Assembly (NCBI GenBank): GCA_951406725.2 | Contig: OX597831.1 | Coordinates: forward strand, 30,566,001 to 30,630,000 | DNA: 64,000 bases | Source of the DNA: Octopus vulgaris | Taxonomy: Eukaryota | Direction of reading: 5' to 3' | In this document: positions 39,520 to 52,985 of the stretch, piece by piece | How the letters are laid out: every line of letters begins with the position of its first letter | How positions within the stretch are numbered: the stretch's first letter is position 1 | Program-made: the position numbers and the translations under genes | The notes under the pieces: model-generated | The model's database searches: none | The model's input: only the letters and a program-made list of their open reading frames with translations | Told to the model about the DNA's origin: nothing

Positions 39520-39735
39520 GGCGGCGAGCTGGCAGAAACGTTAGCACGCCGGGCGAAATGCGTAGCCGTATTTCGTCTGCTGTTACGTTCTGAGTTCAAA
39601 TTCCGCCGAGGTCGACTTTGCCTTTCATCCTTTCGGGGTCGATAAATTAAGTACCAGTTACGCACTGGGGTCGATGTAATCGACTTAATCCGTTTGTCCC
39701 CTCTGTGTTTAGCCCCTTGTGGGTAGTAAAGAAAT
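39520..39735 (+). mobile_element. SINE family B, young monomer
   Basis: ggcggcgagctggcagaaacgttagcacgccgggcg...gtgggtagtaaagaaata. Confidence 0.92.
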
Positions 39736-40063
39736 ATATAAATATATACCTAGTTTACATTTCTAGTTCCATTTAAAGAAAGAAAGTAATTGTGACCTTT
39801 TCCGATGACTGTTTTAGAGCCTATTCACTACTGATATCACAGCAGCCGATTACATCTAGCTAACCCTCGATGTGTTTTCACTCTCTTCAATGATGCCTAA
39901 CTGAGAGACTCAATCCACATCCTGTGGTATTTTTTCTCCGAACCAAATTTTTAATCTCCTGAAGAAAACAGTTTCTCCATTATGTAATCGACAGATTCAT
40001 CAATAAAAAATGCATCAGAAACAGATGTAGTGAAACTTTAACTCATTTGTGTGTTTTATGTTC

Positions 40064-40120
<57 letters not shown>

Positions 40121-40124
<4 letters not shown>

Positions 40125-40330
40125 CGGGAAACTTTATGAAAATAGACAAAAGACGAAGGCAGGTGGAATATAAACAAACAATTGTATTAGTATGGCGCTC
40201 AGGAATATAAATAAAACAAGTCTTTTACGTTTCGAGCCTACGCTCTTCAACAGAAAGATACACAGAAAAGAAACACAGAAAGAAACAAGGAGAGAGAAAA
40301 AATGCGTGCAGAAGCTAGCGAATCAACAGA
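40121..40330 (-). mobile_element. Probable Penelope-like remnant with a variant hammerhead at 40221-40258
   Basis: UCUUU [CUGUUGAA] GAGC-GUAG-GCUC [GAAA] CG UA^ AAAGA; element flanked by (TA)n. Confidence 0.5.
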
Positions 40331-40912
40331 CATATATATATATAGAGAGAGAAAGAGAAAGAGGAAATAGAGAAGGAGAGAGAGAAAGAGGAAACAGAGA
40401 TGAAGAAGAGAGAGAGAGCTTGCTAGATAGATAGACAGATACATACATAGATAGATGTATCAATAAATTGATTGCGACAGATATACCATCAAAGGTTATT
40501 AACTGCTGAATATAATTGATAAGTTAGTCTGAATTAGAATTTATTGATGTCAATTTTAATAACTGGGTGCCTAATTCCATTACGCTAACAGTTAAACAAA
40601 AGTTTGTCTATATATGTATATTCACATGTAGTCGTTCGGAACTTTCACGTGCCACTTAATAACGCACACGGTTATAGAACGATGACCGGAACATGATAAG
40701 AGAGACCTGTCTCCCGTGTCACTTCTCAGCGCCTGCCTTTCCGGTGTCTGTGGTTAAACAGGAGATAACCACTCCAAAACGCATGCACCCTACAGTCTGG
40801 TCATTACAAAATACAATGAATATCTTTCTTACGGGCTCGAATATGCGTCAAGCACATTTGAATTTGTAACAAGGGTGTATTTTAACATATCAATGTTTAG
40901 TGCTGTAACCCC

Positions 40913-40984
<72 letters not shown>

Positions 40985-40998
40985 ATGTATATTGCAAA

Positions 40999-41042
<44 letters not shown>

Positions 41043-41043
<1 letters not shown>

Positions 41044-41420
41044 TAGCAGTATCGCCCGGCGTTGCTCAGGTTTGTAAGAAATAACTATAAAGCATTTTTA
41101 GAGAGTTATAGCCAAAAAATAGCAAAAAAATGGAAAAAAATGATGGTAAATTTTTTTTGAGAGTAAAAAAAGGTGGAGTTGCGTCCCCTAGACAGTTTGC
41201 GGTTTGTGTTTCTAATTCTCGACCCCATGTCGAATTTATCGATTTTTTTCAGAAGTGGGGGAACTTTTCAAAATTTTCGCTGCGTTAGTTTTGAATTATG
41301 ACATTGGGCTATGTGTGTGTCAAGTTTCATCAGAATCGGTTGAAAGCCGTGGTCAGGGTGAGGGTACAAGCAAACAGACACACAGAAACACGCACAGACA
41401 AACTGCCGTTTATATATAGA
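41043..41420 (-). mobile_element. Non-autonomous Helitron
   Basis: 5' TC, 3' CTAG, inserted between A and T with no TSD; subterminal GC-rich hairpin (cccggcgttgctcagg); degenerate (GTCT)-type repeat near the 5' end. Confidence 0.85.
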
Positions 41421-41490
41421 TATATATGTATATATATAATATATTGCAAACCTATATATATATATATATATATATAATATATTGCAAACC

Positions 41491-41524
<34 letters not shown>

Positions 41525-41775
41525 TGCAACCCTCTATATATATATATGTATGTATTAGGATCGCAGAAATTCAAAGTAAGACTGCCTTCTCATTGTTCTA
41601 TGTGTGTGCGTGTGTATGTGTGAGAGGGTGGATGGTTGTGAAGGGAGAAAGAAGTTGAAGGGAAAGGAAATAAAATGGAAGCCATACTTTGAGAAATGAG
41701 AAGGCAAAATAAGCAATCAAGAGCAGGCGCCAACCGAAAGCACACACGGACATGCAACGCACACGCATAATCACT

Positions 41776-41825
<50 letters not shown>

Positions 41826-41991
41826 AACAGATCCATAGAAAGAGAATTCCTGAAAATATGAGCAGGTGGTTTGTCATTCATTCAGTCATTCATTATCTTC
41901 TGGGCATGTTGCTCAGTTAACACTGAACAATTCATATATGCATACATACATACATACATACATACATACATACATACATACATACATACAT

Positions 41992-42033
<42 letters not shown>

Positions 42034-42191
42034 AGGAAATGAAGAAAATGCTGACAAAATAATTTAAGTAAGCGAGAGTGTATTTAATTAGGTGAAAGTT
42101 CTTTTTACCGGTTGCGCATTTGTTATGCTTATCAAAAGATATTTTTTAAGAGGGATAGAGTTCCTTTCTGATAGATTTTTTTCTCTTATCT

Positions 42192-42226
<35 letters not shown>

Positions 42227-42459
42227 GTTTGTGTGTTTGATAGATAGTTTCTGCTGAAGTAAATAGCTGAACGAAAAGAAAAGAATATCATTATACGTAC
42301 GTGAAATAACGGAGTAATCATAGAGATATTACCAACAATTGTTAGCAAACTTGCAGTGATATATTATTTCACATTCAGGACCTTGGGGGACTTGACAATG
42401 ATCCATAGCTCTAGCATAATCTATCTCTCCATTGATTTCTAAATATATGCATTGATCAA

Positions 42460-42672
42460 GCGGAGGCGTGTTGACAGAATCATTAGCACGCCGGGCAAAA
42501 TGCTTAGCGGCATTTCGTCGGTCTTTACATTCTGAGTTCGAATTCCGCCGAGGTTGACTTTACATTTCATCGTTTGTTTCGTTGTCGTTAAAATAAGCAC
42601 CAACTGATTACTGGTGTCGATGTAATCGATTTGCCCTTAAATTGCTGGCTTTCTGCCAAAATTTGAAACCAA
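42460..42672 (+). mobile_element. SINE family B
   Basis: Consensus match. Confidence 0.85.
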
Positions 42673-42707
42673 TATATACATTGAGAAATGGGAAGGCAAT
42701 ATACGCA

Positions 42708-42776
<69 letters not shown>

Positions 42777-42829
42777 CCTATCTACCATTTCTTTCCCTAG
42801 CTCCGTTTATACTCCCTTCCCCCTTTCTC

Positions 42830-43070
42830 TTTTACTCCTTGTCATTGGACTGCTGTCATGCTTGGGTACCACCTGTATGTATTTATGTATGTATATGTGT
42901 GTGTAACAGTTTTTTTTTTTTCAGTTTCCTTCTGCTAGATCCACTCAAAAGTCTTTGGTCGTCCGGGTGCTAAATTAGAAAGCAGTTGGTCAACGTTCCA
43001 CGCAGCCGGAGCGAACCCGAATTCATGTGGATGAGAAGAAAACTTCTTACTAGTCAACTACGCCTACGCA
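42830..43070 (-). mobile_element. Old SINE family A, internally deleted
   Basis: gtcattggactgctgtcatgc..tttcagtttcc..gaacccgaattcatgtgg..cctacgc. Confidence 0.6.
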
Positions 43071-43155
43071 TACGTATTTGCGTGTGAGTTTGTGTCTGTG
43101 TAATACAGCGCCTACGCATATCTACATATCTACATAAATACATACACACACACAC

Positions 43156-43198
<43 letters not shown>

Positions 43199-43834
43199 TG
43201 TGTAGGTATGTATGCATATATCTTCATACAGTCATCCTAAGCAGAAATGTCTACAAATGAAAATACGTATGCACCTATAATCGTAGCAATTTTAATAACC
43301 ATACATTGAACACCACAATGGTCATGAATGCTATAATCAGACTAAATTGACGACGAAAGCCAGTCGACGGGGAAACACATATAACATTCTGTCGAATATC
43401 GATTATATAAATACCATTCTTAAGTAATTAATCTGTTGGAAACCAACCATTTTTCCATATTGGAAACTGAAGAAAATTTCTGTATCAATTATATTTCTCC
43501 TTGAAATATATGTCACCATATTCATATGAAAACGAATATATTTTCTTCCATTGAATCGTTTTTCTCTGGTTAAACATTGCGTTGCTCTATCTTATAGAAA
43601 GAAAATATGTTAAATATATGTAGCTTAGGGGAATACCCTACTTCGGATTTGAGTGCAATAGTACATAATAACTCTGTTTTTGATAAATGCATTATCGGTA
43701 GGGGTGTCGGACGATATACATATAACCATAAATCTGTCTTGTCCGCCCACTATACCTTGGAGGGTCCTGGGTTTAGAGTCTTCAGGCCTGTCCTACGTGC
43801 TATAAATTCAGAAGCAAGTATTATTAAATTCACT

Positions 43835-44352
43835 AGCAGGACTCCCAACGGCGACCAAAAGTGATCATGGATATTTTTCAGCCATTTCGTTCTTAGTCTG
43901 CTCCTTGGTCTCCTGCCGCTTGGCTTGGCTTTGCTTGAATTAATTGTCTTGCGATTCTTTCTTGAGATATTGTAATCACATATCCGAAGTACTGGAGCTG
44001 TGATCTCTCAACCCGGAGTGAAAGACACCCTGATCTTCGAGTTGCACAACCTGTCGAGTAACGTTATTTCAAAAATCCTTCAGAGGAACCCCGTTTCGGC
44101 TACTTGCATATGCGATTGTACTCTCTGTCGTAAACCAGCATTCATGACCATAGGTGAGCATTGCCGTGAAAACCGAAGTGAAGGTTGTGAGTTCGCTCTT
44201 TTTATGAAGCTCTTTTCTTCTGAGGATCGAATCTTGGAGCTAGTGCATGACTGTACTAGCACCTGCAATTTTAGCGTTCAATTCAGCCTCCTGTCTCTTA
44301 TTAGTCGTGAATACGGTCTCGAGATACTTAAAATTCTCCATATGTCTCAGTA
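43835..44352 (-). mobile_element. RTE-clade LINE 3' fragment
   Basis: Minus-strand translation ENFKYLETVF..AMLTYGHECW..QVAETGFL*RI..TLLDRLCNSKIR..GRRPRSRLRTKW matches the RTE FKYLG / LxYGxExW / GxRxxGRPxxRW motifs. Confidence 0.85.
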
Positions 44353-45135
44353 ACGCTCGACTGATATACCCACAAATCACAGCACTTAAATAGCTGTAAT
44401 ACTCACCACAATACTATTACATTCAGAGCTAACTTTTGCTTTCAAGTCTACCTGTAACTCTTATACTATAACTTTTAGTATAAAAGCAAACTGGAACCTT
44501 CATTTGATTATTAAGATTTTCAGAAAGCAATTGTGCTTCTTATATGATTACTACAACACTCACGATATAAATCTCACTCTGAAAAATAAGTATCACTCAC
44601 TCACTTATGATAACTACCACACTCATATGATTATTTTAATGGTACAGAATTGTTGTAACTCTTATAAGTAACACAATATCGCATATATACACTAACTGCG
44701 ACGACAAAAGATAAAATATAGCGTTTACAGTCTCTGAAAGCAACAAATGGCGATTGTCAAAACATACAAATTTGTTCCGTTTTCCAAGATAAATCTTAAT
44801 CCAATTTTCTAACCTGTGTTTCGTACATTTCTCTTATGTACATCCGAAAGTAGCTTGCACAGGGTAAAGACATAATTTATCACGTTACTGTCTCCTTTTA
44901 AGAATTATATTTCATTGATTACAAAAAAGAGAGAAGCTATTATAATAGAATAGGAGCATCGCCAGACAGTCTTGTTTCGATAGCAAGAAAAAAAATTGCT
45001 ACAGGAGAATATTAACGTTATGATAAATGTTCAGAAAAGACAAAGAGACAAAGGCAGCGTTATCTAAAATTACTTTTGTGATGTATTGTATTTAATAATT
45101 TTCACTCTTCACTCTCTACTTCTAAGAATTTTATC

Positions 45136-45136
<1 letters not shown>

Positions 45137-45168
<32 letters not shown>

Positions 45169-45240
45169 TGTATGTATGTATGTATGTATGTATGTATGTA
45201 TGTATGTATGTATGTATGTATGTATGTATGTATGTGTATG
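45137..45240. repeat. (TATG)n microsatellite at the start of a 1-kb TA-rich simple-repeat field
   Basis: Seen directly. Confidence 0.97.
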
Positions 45241-45639
45241 ATTTTGCGCGCGTGCTCACACACACATACACATATATGAATATATGTATATTTATACATG
45301 AAAGTAGGTATATGTGACCACGTAGTCACGTACATACACATATAGAGATATATGACTGTATATAAATATCTATATATGTATATAATGTAGCTATATGTAT
45401 ATATATACACATATAAATCTATGTATATATATATACACACATGTATATATATATATATATATATACGTATATATATATATTATATATATCTACGTATATA
45501 TATATATATATATAGTTATATACGTATATATATGAATATATTGTGTGTGCATGTCTATATGCATCTATGCATATATGTTTGTGAGCAACTAAATATACAT
45601 ACATATAAATATATGCATATGTATATGTATATATATATG

Positions 45640-45679
<40 letters not shown>

Positions 45680-45832
45680 CATATATATATAAGTATATAT
45701 TTATGAATATAAAGTTGTATGTACGTGAAACTAAACAATTACTGTGGGCACTATACGATACGATAATGTCGAAATTGACATTATCGTATATTTTATTTTA
45801 CACTAAAATTAGATAAACAACTTTATATACAT

Positions 45833-45943
<111 letters not shown>

Positions 45944-45972
45944 TACACACACACATATATATACATACATCC

Positions 45973-46017
<45 letters not shown>

Positions 46018-46599
46018 CACACACACACATATATATACATATGCATAGTTATATGTACATACATACGCACACACACACATATATATATATAGATATACTT
46101 ACACACACGCGCACATATATGTGTCTGTATGTATATGGTGTTTGTGAGTAAATACCCGATGTAGATTATATTCATTCTTCCATTTCATTTAATTTCCTCC
46201 TCACAGATTTTGTTCGATATTTTCAAAGAATGTGTTATTTTGAGATGTTTAATATGAATCATGAGTATCCACTTGCTGCACTATCAAGATAGTGGCAAAC
46301 CTGTTGTATAAACGTTTTCCGCTCTAATCCAATGACTTACACATGTCGCTTTGTGGTGACCTGATTTGTTATTCCATCTATCAAAAAAAAAAAAAGCCTA
46401 TGGCGAAGGAAGATTAGCAAATGACAGCTTTCGTCTGCCACCTGTGCTTCCAAACTATACAGATCTGCAATTGGACTGAATGGCCATCTTAGAAGTCAAG
46501 GGCGGAAATTCAGAAATGCCACTGACGACGGGGAAGCATAAAGTGACGGCAATCATCTGTGAAGATTGAGCAATCGCCATACCATATACGGGGGGGAAT

Positions 46600-46725
46600 G
46601 CTTACCTTCTGCGTTCAAATTCTGCAGAGGTCGACTTTGCCTTTCATCGTTTCGGTGTCGATAAATTAAGTACCATTTGCGTGCTGGAGTCGATCTAATC
46701 GACAGGACCCCTCTAAAGTAGAAAA
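46600..46725 (+). mobile_element. SINE family B fragment (a family A 3' end follows at about 46838-46905)
   Basis: gttcaaattctgcagaggtcgactttgcctttcatc..aagtacc. Confidence 0.8.
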
Positions 46726-46744
46726 GTATACCTACATACACACA

Positions 46745-46834
<90 letters not shown>

Positions 46835-46924
46835 CATCAAAGGCACTGCTCCAGTAGGTCTGCAGTCAAATGACTGAAACCCAAAAAAAGAAAAACAGAA
46901 TAAGAGAATACACATATATATATA

Positions 46925-47185
46925 TAACTCTAACCCTAACTTACTCAAGTAATCATATAAATGTGTAACATGGTGGACAAAATAATACTCAGATACGGAG
47001 CTAGAGTAATATATTCTATTATTAAAGCTGCAAAAATAGCACAAAAAAGCTACTACTCAGAGTTCCACGTTCCTCTTTCGTCGGGCAGTTGTGATCCTAA
47101 CTGCCCAATGAAAGGGAGCGTGAAACTCTGAGTAGCAGATTTTTGTGATATGTTCGTGATGTTTTTGCACCTTTAATAATAAAGT
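46925..47185. mobile_element. Palindromic Penelope-like remnant with two inverted, decayed hammerheads
   Basis: Arms 47017-47090 and 47099-47181; each reads CUGC-CC(G/A)A(C/U)GA-..-G(A/G)AA-CUCUGAG-UA-G(C/U)AG. Confidence 0.55.
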
Positions 47186-47196
47186 ATGTATATCTG

Positions 47197-47289
<93 letters not shown>

Positions 47290-47293
<4 letters not shown>

Positions 47294-47576
47294 AGGCACA
47301 ATGTCCCAGTGGTTAGAGCAGCGGACTCGCGGTTGTAGGATCGCGGTTTCGATTCCCAGACCAGCCGTTGTGAGTGTTTATTGAGCGAAAACACATAAAG
47401 CTCCACGACGCTTCGGCAAGGGGTGGTGGCGATCCCTGCTGTACTCTTTCGCCGCAACTCTCTCTCACTCTTTCTTCTGTTGGCCTGCTCGCTTAGCCAG
47501 CGGGGTGGCGTCATTTGAAGCGCATTGTGACCAGCGATGTGTAGTAACATCTGATAGCCTGGTCGGTCACGGTGAT
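47290..47576 (+). mobile_element. SINE family C, tail type 3
   Basis: Family C head plus the 3' part shared with 9053-9269. Confidence 0.9.
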
Positions 47577-48312
47577 ATATATGTATATACTTGACTGCTA
47601 TTCTATTTTATCGACGCTAAAATTGCGACAAGTCAAGCTAGATTCGGCAAGGTTTGGATATCAAACTTAAAGGACCAGACAAAATATCGCATTTTCGATT
47701 CTGCTAACCTAACGTGTAAAATGATAGTTGTCTGTCTTTTAGAAAGGGCGGTTGATAGTCATGTATTGGAAAGGCATGAACATCACAGAAATGTCGAAAT
47801 TTAAAGGAAACACTCTTATTCAGCTTTCTTTAAATTTTTTAAATGCGCCGATCTTCATTCATGTGTGACACTAAAAGAAACTTTTCTTATTAAAAGATGT
47901 CAATTACTTTATTCGAAATATGCTTTATGTTTGCAAGCATTTCAAATGTAACGAGACCTTCGGAATGTAATGTAGAAGGGAATGTTGTTAATATAGTTTT
48001 TAGCTTTTATTGTCGTGTCGTTTTTATTGTTGTTCTTGTTGTTGCTGCTTGCAATATGTCAGTCCTCTGATCGGGTTATAGTTCAACTCTCACATTATCA
48101 AAGATATTCCTGTCATTGCTATCCTCTTCTATTTTAAGTGTGTTTGGAGAGATCGGTATCATCGGCTACCTTAGTCTGTGCCTACCACTACATTTTAGAG
48201 AAATTATACAGTAATTTGAGGGAGATTTGGCTTCTATTTCTTATAAGTCAAGCGAACATTTGTAAGGTATTTCGTTGGAGAGAACCTTTACGTGGTAGTA
48301 ACTGAAATAAGT

Positions 48313-48698
48313 GGGGTGGAGGCGCAATGGCCCAGTGGTTAGGGCAGCGGACTCGCGGTCATAGGATCGCGGTTTCGATTCCCAGACCGGGCGTTGTGAG
48401 TGTTTATTGAGCGAAAACACCTAAAAGCTCCACGAGGCTCCGGCAGAGTGTGGTGGCGAACTCTTCTGTATTCTTTCACCACAACTTTCTCTTACTTCCT
48501 ATTTCTGTTGTACCTGTATTTCAAGGGGCCGGCCTTGTCACTCTCTGTGTCACGCTGAATATCCCCGACAACTACGTTAAGGGTGCACGTGCAAGTGGAG
48601 TGCTCAGCCACTTACACGTTAATTTCACGAGCAGGCTGTTACGTTGATTCGGATCAACCGGAACCCTCATCGTCGTAACCGACGGAGTACTTCCATCC
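48313..48698 (+). mobile_element. SINE family C, tail type 1
   Basis: 13-bp TSD aactgaaataagt at 48300-48312 and 48699-48711. Confidence 0.93.
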
Positions 48699-49290
48699 AA
48701 CTGAAATAAGTACCATACAAGTACAGCAGTCAATTTAAACAAATACATTATTTCAGCAGTAACGCTCCCGCTTGGTCGTCATCAGATTAAAACTAATGAA
48801 ACTGAAGGAGAAAAGAAACAAATATTTGCTTCTATTTCGCTCCACTTTAAAGATTTTTGCAAGCGATGGCTTTTCCATGAATGAAACTAGTTAATGAAAA
48901 AAGATACTTTAATTAATTAGTTTCTTTCTCGGATGTGGTGTACAACATAATTTTTTTTTATATTTTAAACATTCTTTACCGGGTGGTTCTGTGAGAATTT
49001 TCAAGGAGCGAACAAATTACTACCATTAATAAAATTAAGACGAAACCAAACTTTCTAAACTTGTTCAAACCATATTTAAGTTAGAAGAATTATGCGGAAA
49101 CTAAAGTTTTGTTCTTTCATCACTAAAAAGAGGGAAGCAAAGAAGTTTAATTGCATTTTTATGGGAGGAGAACTGTGTTCTTTTTTTGGTTAATTGACTA
49201 TTGGTCTACAACGTGCAGCCACATGAGGGCAATGGTATATATGTATGTATATATACATATATGTATGTATATATACATATATATATATAC

Positions 49291-49376
<86 letters not shown>

Positions 49377-49377
49377 C

Positions 49378-49565
49378 AAATTATAATTTAGGGTATCTAG
49401 CAGATACCACCACGCTGGTATCTCTTTCAGCATGACTCTAAAACCACATTAAATGTGCATGCAGCACCAGGAGGTGCTGTATGAACATTTAATGTGGTTT
49501 TAGAGTCAAGTTTTAGTTGCTATTTCCAGCGTGGTGGTATCACTTAGATACCCTAATTATAATTT
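49378..49565. repeat. Fold-back inverted repeat of about 190 bp between (TA)n tracts
   Basis: Inner arms 49433-49468 and 49473-49508 (4-nt loop); outer arms attataatttagggtatct..ataccaccacgctgg / ccagcgtggtggtat..agataccctaattataat. Confidence 0.9.
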
Positions 49566-49670
49566 TAATAATAATTATTTCCTTTGAAGGCTTTTATTCC
49601 CATGCTGGCCGCTTGATAAGATCGATATTTAAATTAACGAACTTATTCTTATTTATATAAATTTATATAT

Positions 49671-49820
<150 letters not shown>

Positions 49821-50316
49821 CCTTATATTGCGCCTAGCTGTCTATATTAATTTTTAATAAATACATTAGCATTTCGCTAAATCAGCCATACATGTTTCTA
49901 TGGTAAATCTACACACTGACAGTCCGGTTTAGCCAATCCATAGAGCAATTGTGTTGTCACTCAAATTTTAAATGTTTTGAATTTTCGTTCTTCTCGTCTT
50001 CCTCAATGTTACCCTTCGCCATAAACACTTGTTAACTCCCCTTTCTTCTCCTCCACTTCGGTCTCCTTTTTCTCCTGGCTTTCTCTCTCTCGTAACTGTG
50101 CATCTTTTTCCGGCGAAAGATTTTTCTCCGAAGCGTCAAGTTTACTCTTCATAAATCATTCCACTAAAGGAAAATGTTTACCTATCTTATAAAGACCAGT
50201 ACGTCAGCTATCCTTCAGTCTGCTCCTACCTCTCAATGTGTGTCTGTGTTCTTAAATGCTGGTTTGAACTGCTCACTCTCTTTCCTTCTGTTTCCGTCTG
50301 TCTGTCTGTCTGTCTA

Positions 50317-50368
<52 letters not shown>

Positions 50369-51479
50369 GGTACACTTGTCTTATTTCTTTGTCTTTTCAT
50401 CCTCTATCTTTGTGTCTAATTTTTTCGTCTGCTTGTCTGTCTGTATATAAATTTGGCTTTTTGTTTGCTTTCACTCGTTTACCTTATACGTTTGACTGTT
50501 GACTGCCTACTTATATTTCTTTCTCCTCTCTCTCTCCCCTTTACTCTATCTTTCACTGTTTGTCTCATTTTATCTCTCTCTTTCTTTCTTTATCCTTTAC
50601 TCTTTCTCTCGCTGTCTAACATTTATTTATTTACTCTATATATGTTTACACATTCCGCTATCTTATGAATGGCAGACATTACAGAAAAGCAGACTCACCC
50701 ACCACCTTTTCTCTTTCTCTCAACCTCCCCACCTATCTTAACTCTCTACTTTAAACATGCATTTGTCATGGTGTTCTGGACGTTAATCAAGTGAGCAGTT
50801 TCTTTCACAAAGCTTTCGATGTCGGGATTATGGAGAATTTCCAGAAGTCATGCTGAGCTTAGCCAGGCAAAGCCACTTTTGCAGAAATTAGTGCAAAGCA
50901 GCTGGGACTCTCCGTGCACTTCAGAGTATAACGAAACCATTCTGCAATCACTGTGCGAGCATTCTTTTCTTGCGGAGTTAGTTCAACATCTGATAATTCC
51001 CCAATGGCAGACCCAGTAGATCAACCAAATCGATCATAAAGATCGCTCCAGTGAGTTTTATTCTTTCGCAAGGAAATGTAAGCAGTTTTCCTCCTTCAAG
51101 TGATCACAGTAGCGAGAGTGGCGGTGTATAGAACGAGCAGGGGTATGCCTATTACAGCCAATTCCATATAAAGCACTACTTAATCAGGATAAATGGATGG
51201 AAAAAGAAATATTCTCTCCAGTTAATTTACTACAAATTGGATGAGAATAAGAATGGCGTGTTTCCTATGCTGTTTGTCTTCACTCTTAATTACCTTATAT
51301 AACATCACAATAAAAAATCCCACACGATTTAGTAATTAACAAAATTCGGAGACAAGTGGTTGGCCCAAAACTAGATCACTTTTTAAGACTTCTACATCAT
51401 ACAGGTAAAAAGTTTTATTATCCGATATAGCCGCAAGCCTGGGTGTGTATTTAATGTTGCTTTGCAACGACGGGAGTTT

Positions 51480-51600
51480 GGATCGAGTTCCACTGAGCGG
51501 CATCTTGGGCAAGTTCCCTACCATACCCCCAGGCTGGCCAATGCCTTGTGAATATATTCGATTGACCTCTGTGGAAGCCAGTCGAATATATATATATGCC
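51480..51600 (+). mobile_element. Old SINE family A 5' fragment
   Basis: gttccactgagcggcatcttgggcaag..ggccaatgccttgtga. Confidence 0.6.
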
Positions 51601-52196
51601 TCTACACACGTATGACTAAACATACACACACACACATACACACTCTTCTGATTAGATTGTATTTCTTCTATATTATGTGTAAATTTTTGTACACTTGTGT
51701 GTACCCTTCTACTCGTATTTTTCTTATATTCCTACTGGAACGCGCCCCTACAACTCGAATATCATAACGACCATACTGCCATTCCATATCCTTCTATATA
51801 ATATTAAGCTGGATTATTACCGCTTAAATAACCTTTTTATATATACTAAAACACACACTCAGTATAACCAACACATCCCTATCCAAAGTTTTATGTTTTT
51901 CTCTTCTCTTTCTCCGCTCATTTATCTCCCCTACTTTTATTTTAGTGTATCTAACTACCTTTTCAAATTCTCTTTCTCGTAGTTATAAACACAGCAAGTA
52001 CATACTGCTTTAATTGTCATATCAACAAGAGCTTTTCTGTTTTTACTTATTTTTTTCTGCTTTATCATTAATACGTGTTACCTAATATGATCTTTAACTC
52101 ATTCTCATTCCTTTATTTCTTCTGCCATTTGTATACGCGAACTATCTAGTATTAGCTTCTCATATACTACTTCCTCACGTTATACATCACTCATAT

Positions 52197-52616
52197 CTTT
52201 CTTTTATCTTTTTTATCTTTTACTTGTTTCAGTCATTTGACTGCGGCCATGCTGGAGCACCGCCTTTAGTCGAGCAAATCGACCCCGGGACTTATTCTTT
52301 GTAAGCCCAGTACTTATTCTATCGGTCTCTTTTTGCCGAACCGCTAAGTGACGGGGACGTAAACACACCAGCATCGGTTGTCAAGCAATGCTAGGGGCAC
52401 AAACACAGACACACAAACACACACACACACATATATATATATATACATATATACGACAGGCTTCTTTCAGTTTCCGTCTACCAAATCCACTCACAAGGCT
52501 TCGGTCGGCCCGAGGCTATAGCAGAAGACACTTGCCCAAGATGCCACGCAGTGGGTCTGAACCCGGAAACATGTGGTTGGTTAGCAAGCTACTTACCACA
52601 CAGCCACTCCTGCGCC
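52197..52616 (-). mobile_element. SINE family A
   Basis: Full-length consensus match. Confidence 0.93.
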
Positions 52617-52944
52617 GAATTTTTTAAAAATACATTATACTACGAACTGATTTCAATGGTTACTCCTAATTTTAATTAAAATTCTGTATTGTCTCCCCAT
52701 TGGACATTTCTAATATTTATTTGCCCGACGCTACGTATATGGAGCTTTAATTCTAATTTTCATACTCATATATAGAGGGAACGTCTCCGATACCGCTCAG
52801 TCGTTAGATTTGACTGGAAACTTTTCCTTTTTACCACAATTTTTTTTTTTGAAGCTTCCGTCTATGGTGTGTATATATATATCCTTTTGTCCTATCTCTT
52901 TTTATCATACATCTGTTCAACTACGTGCCTTTAATTTATACATA

Positions 52945-52985
<41 letters not shown>

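Noticed and set aside
50760-51180. GC-richer unique block with a 66-aa ORF
   Set aside because: No recognisable domain in the frames read, several stops and no convincing splice sites; left unassigned.
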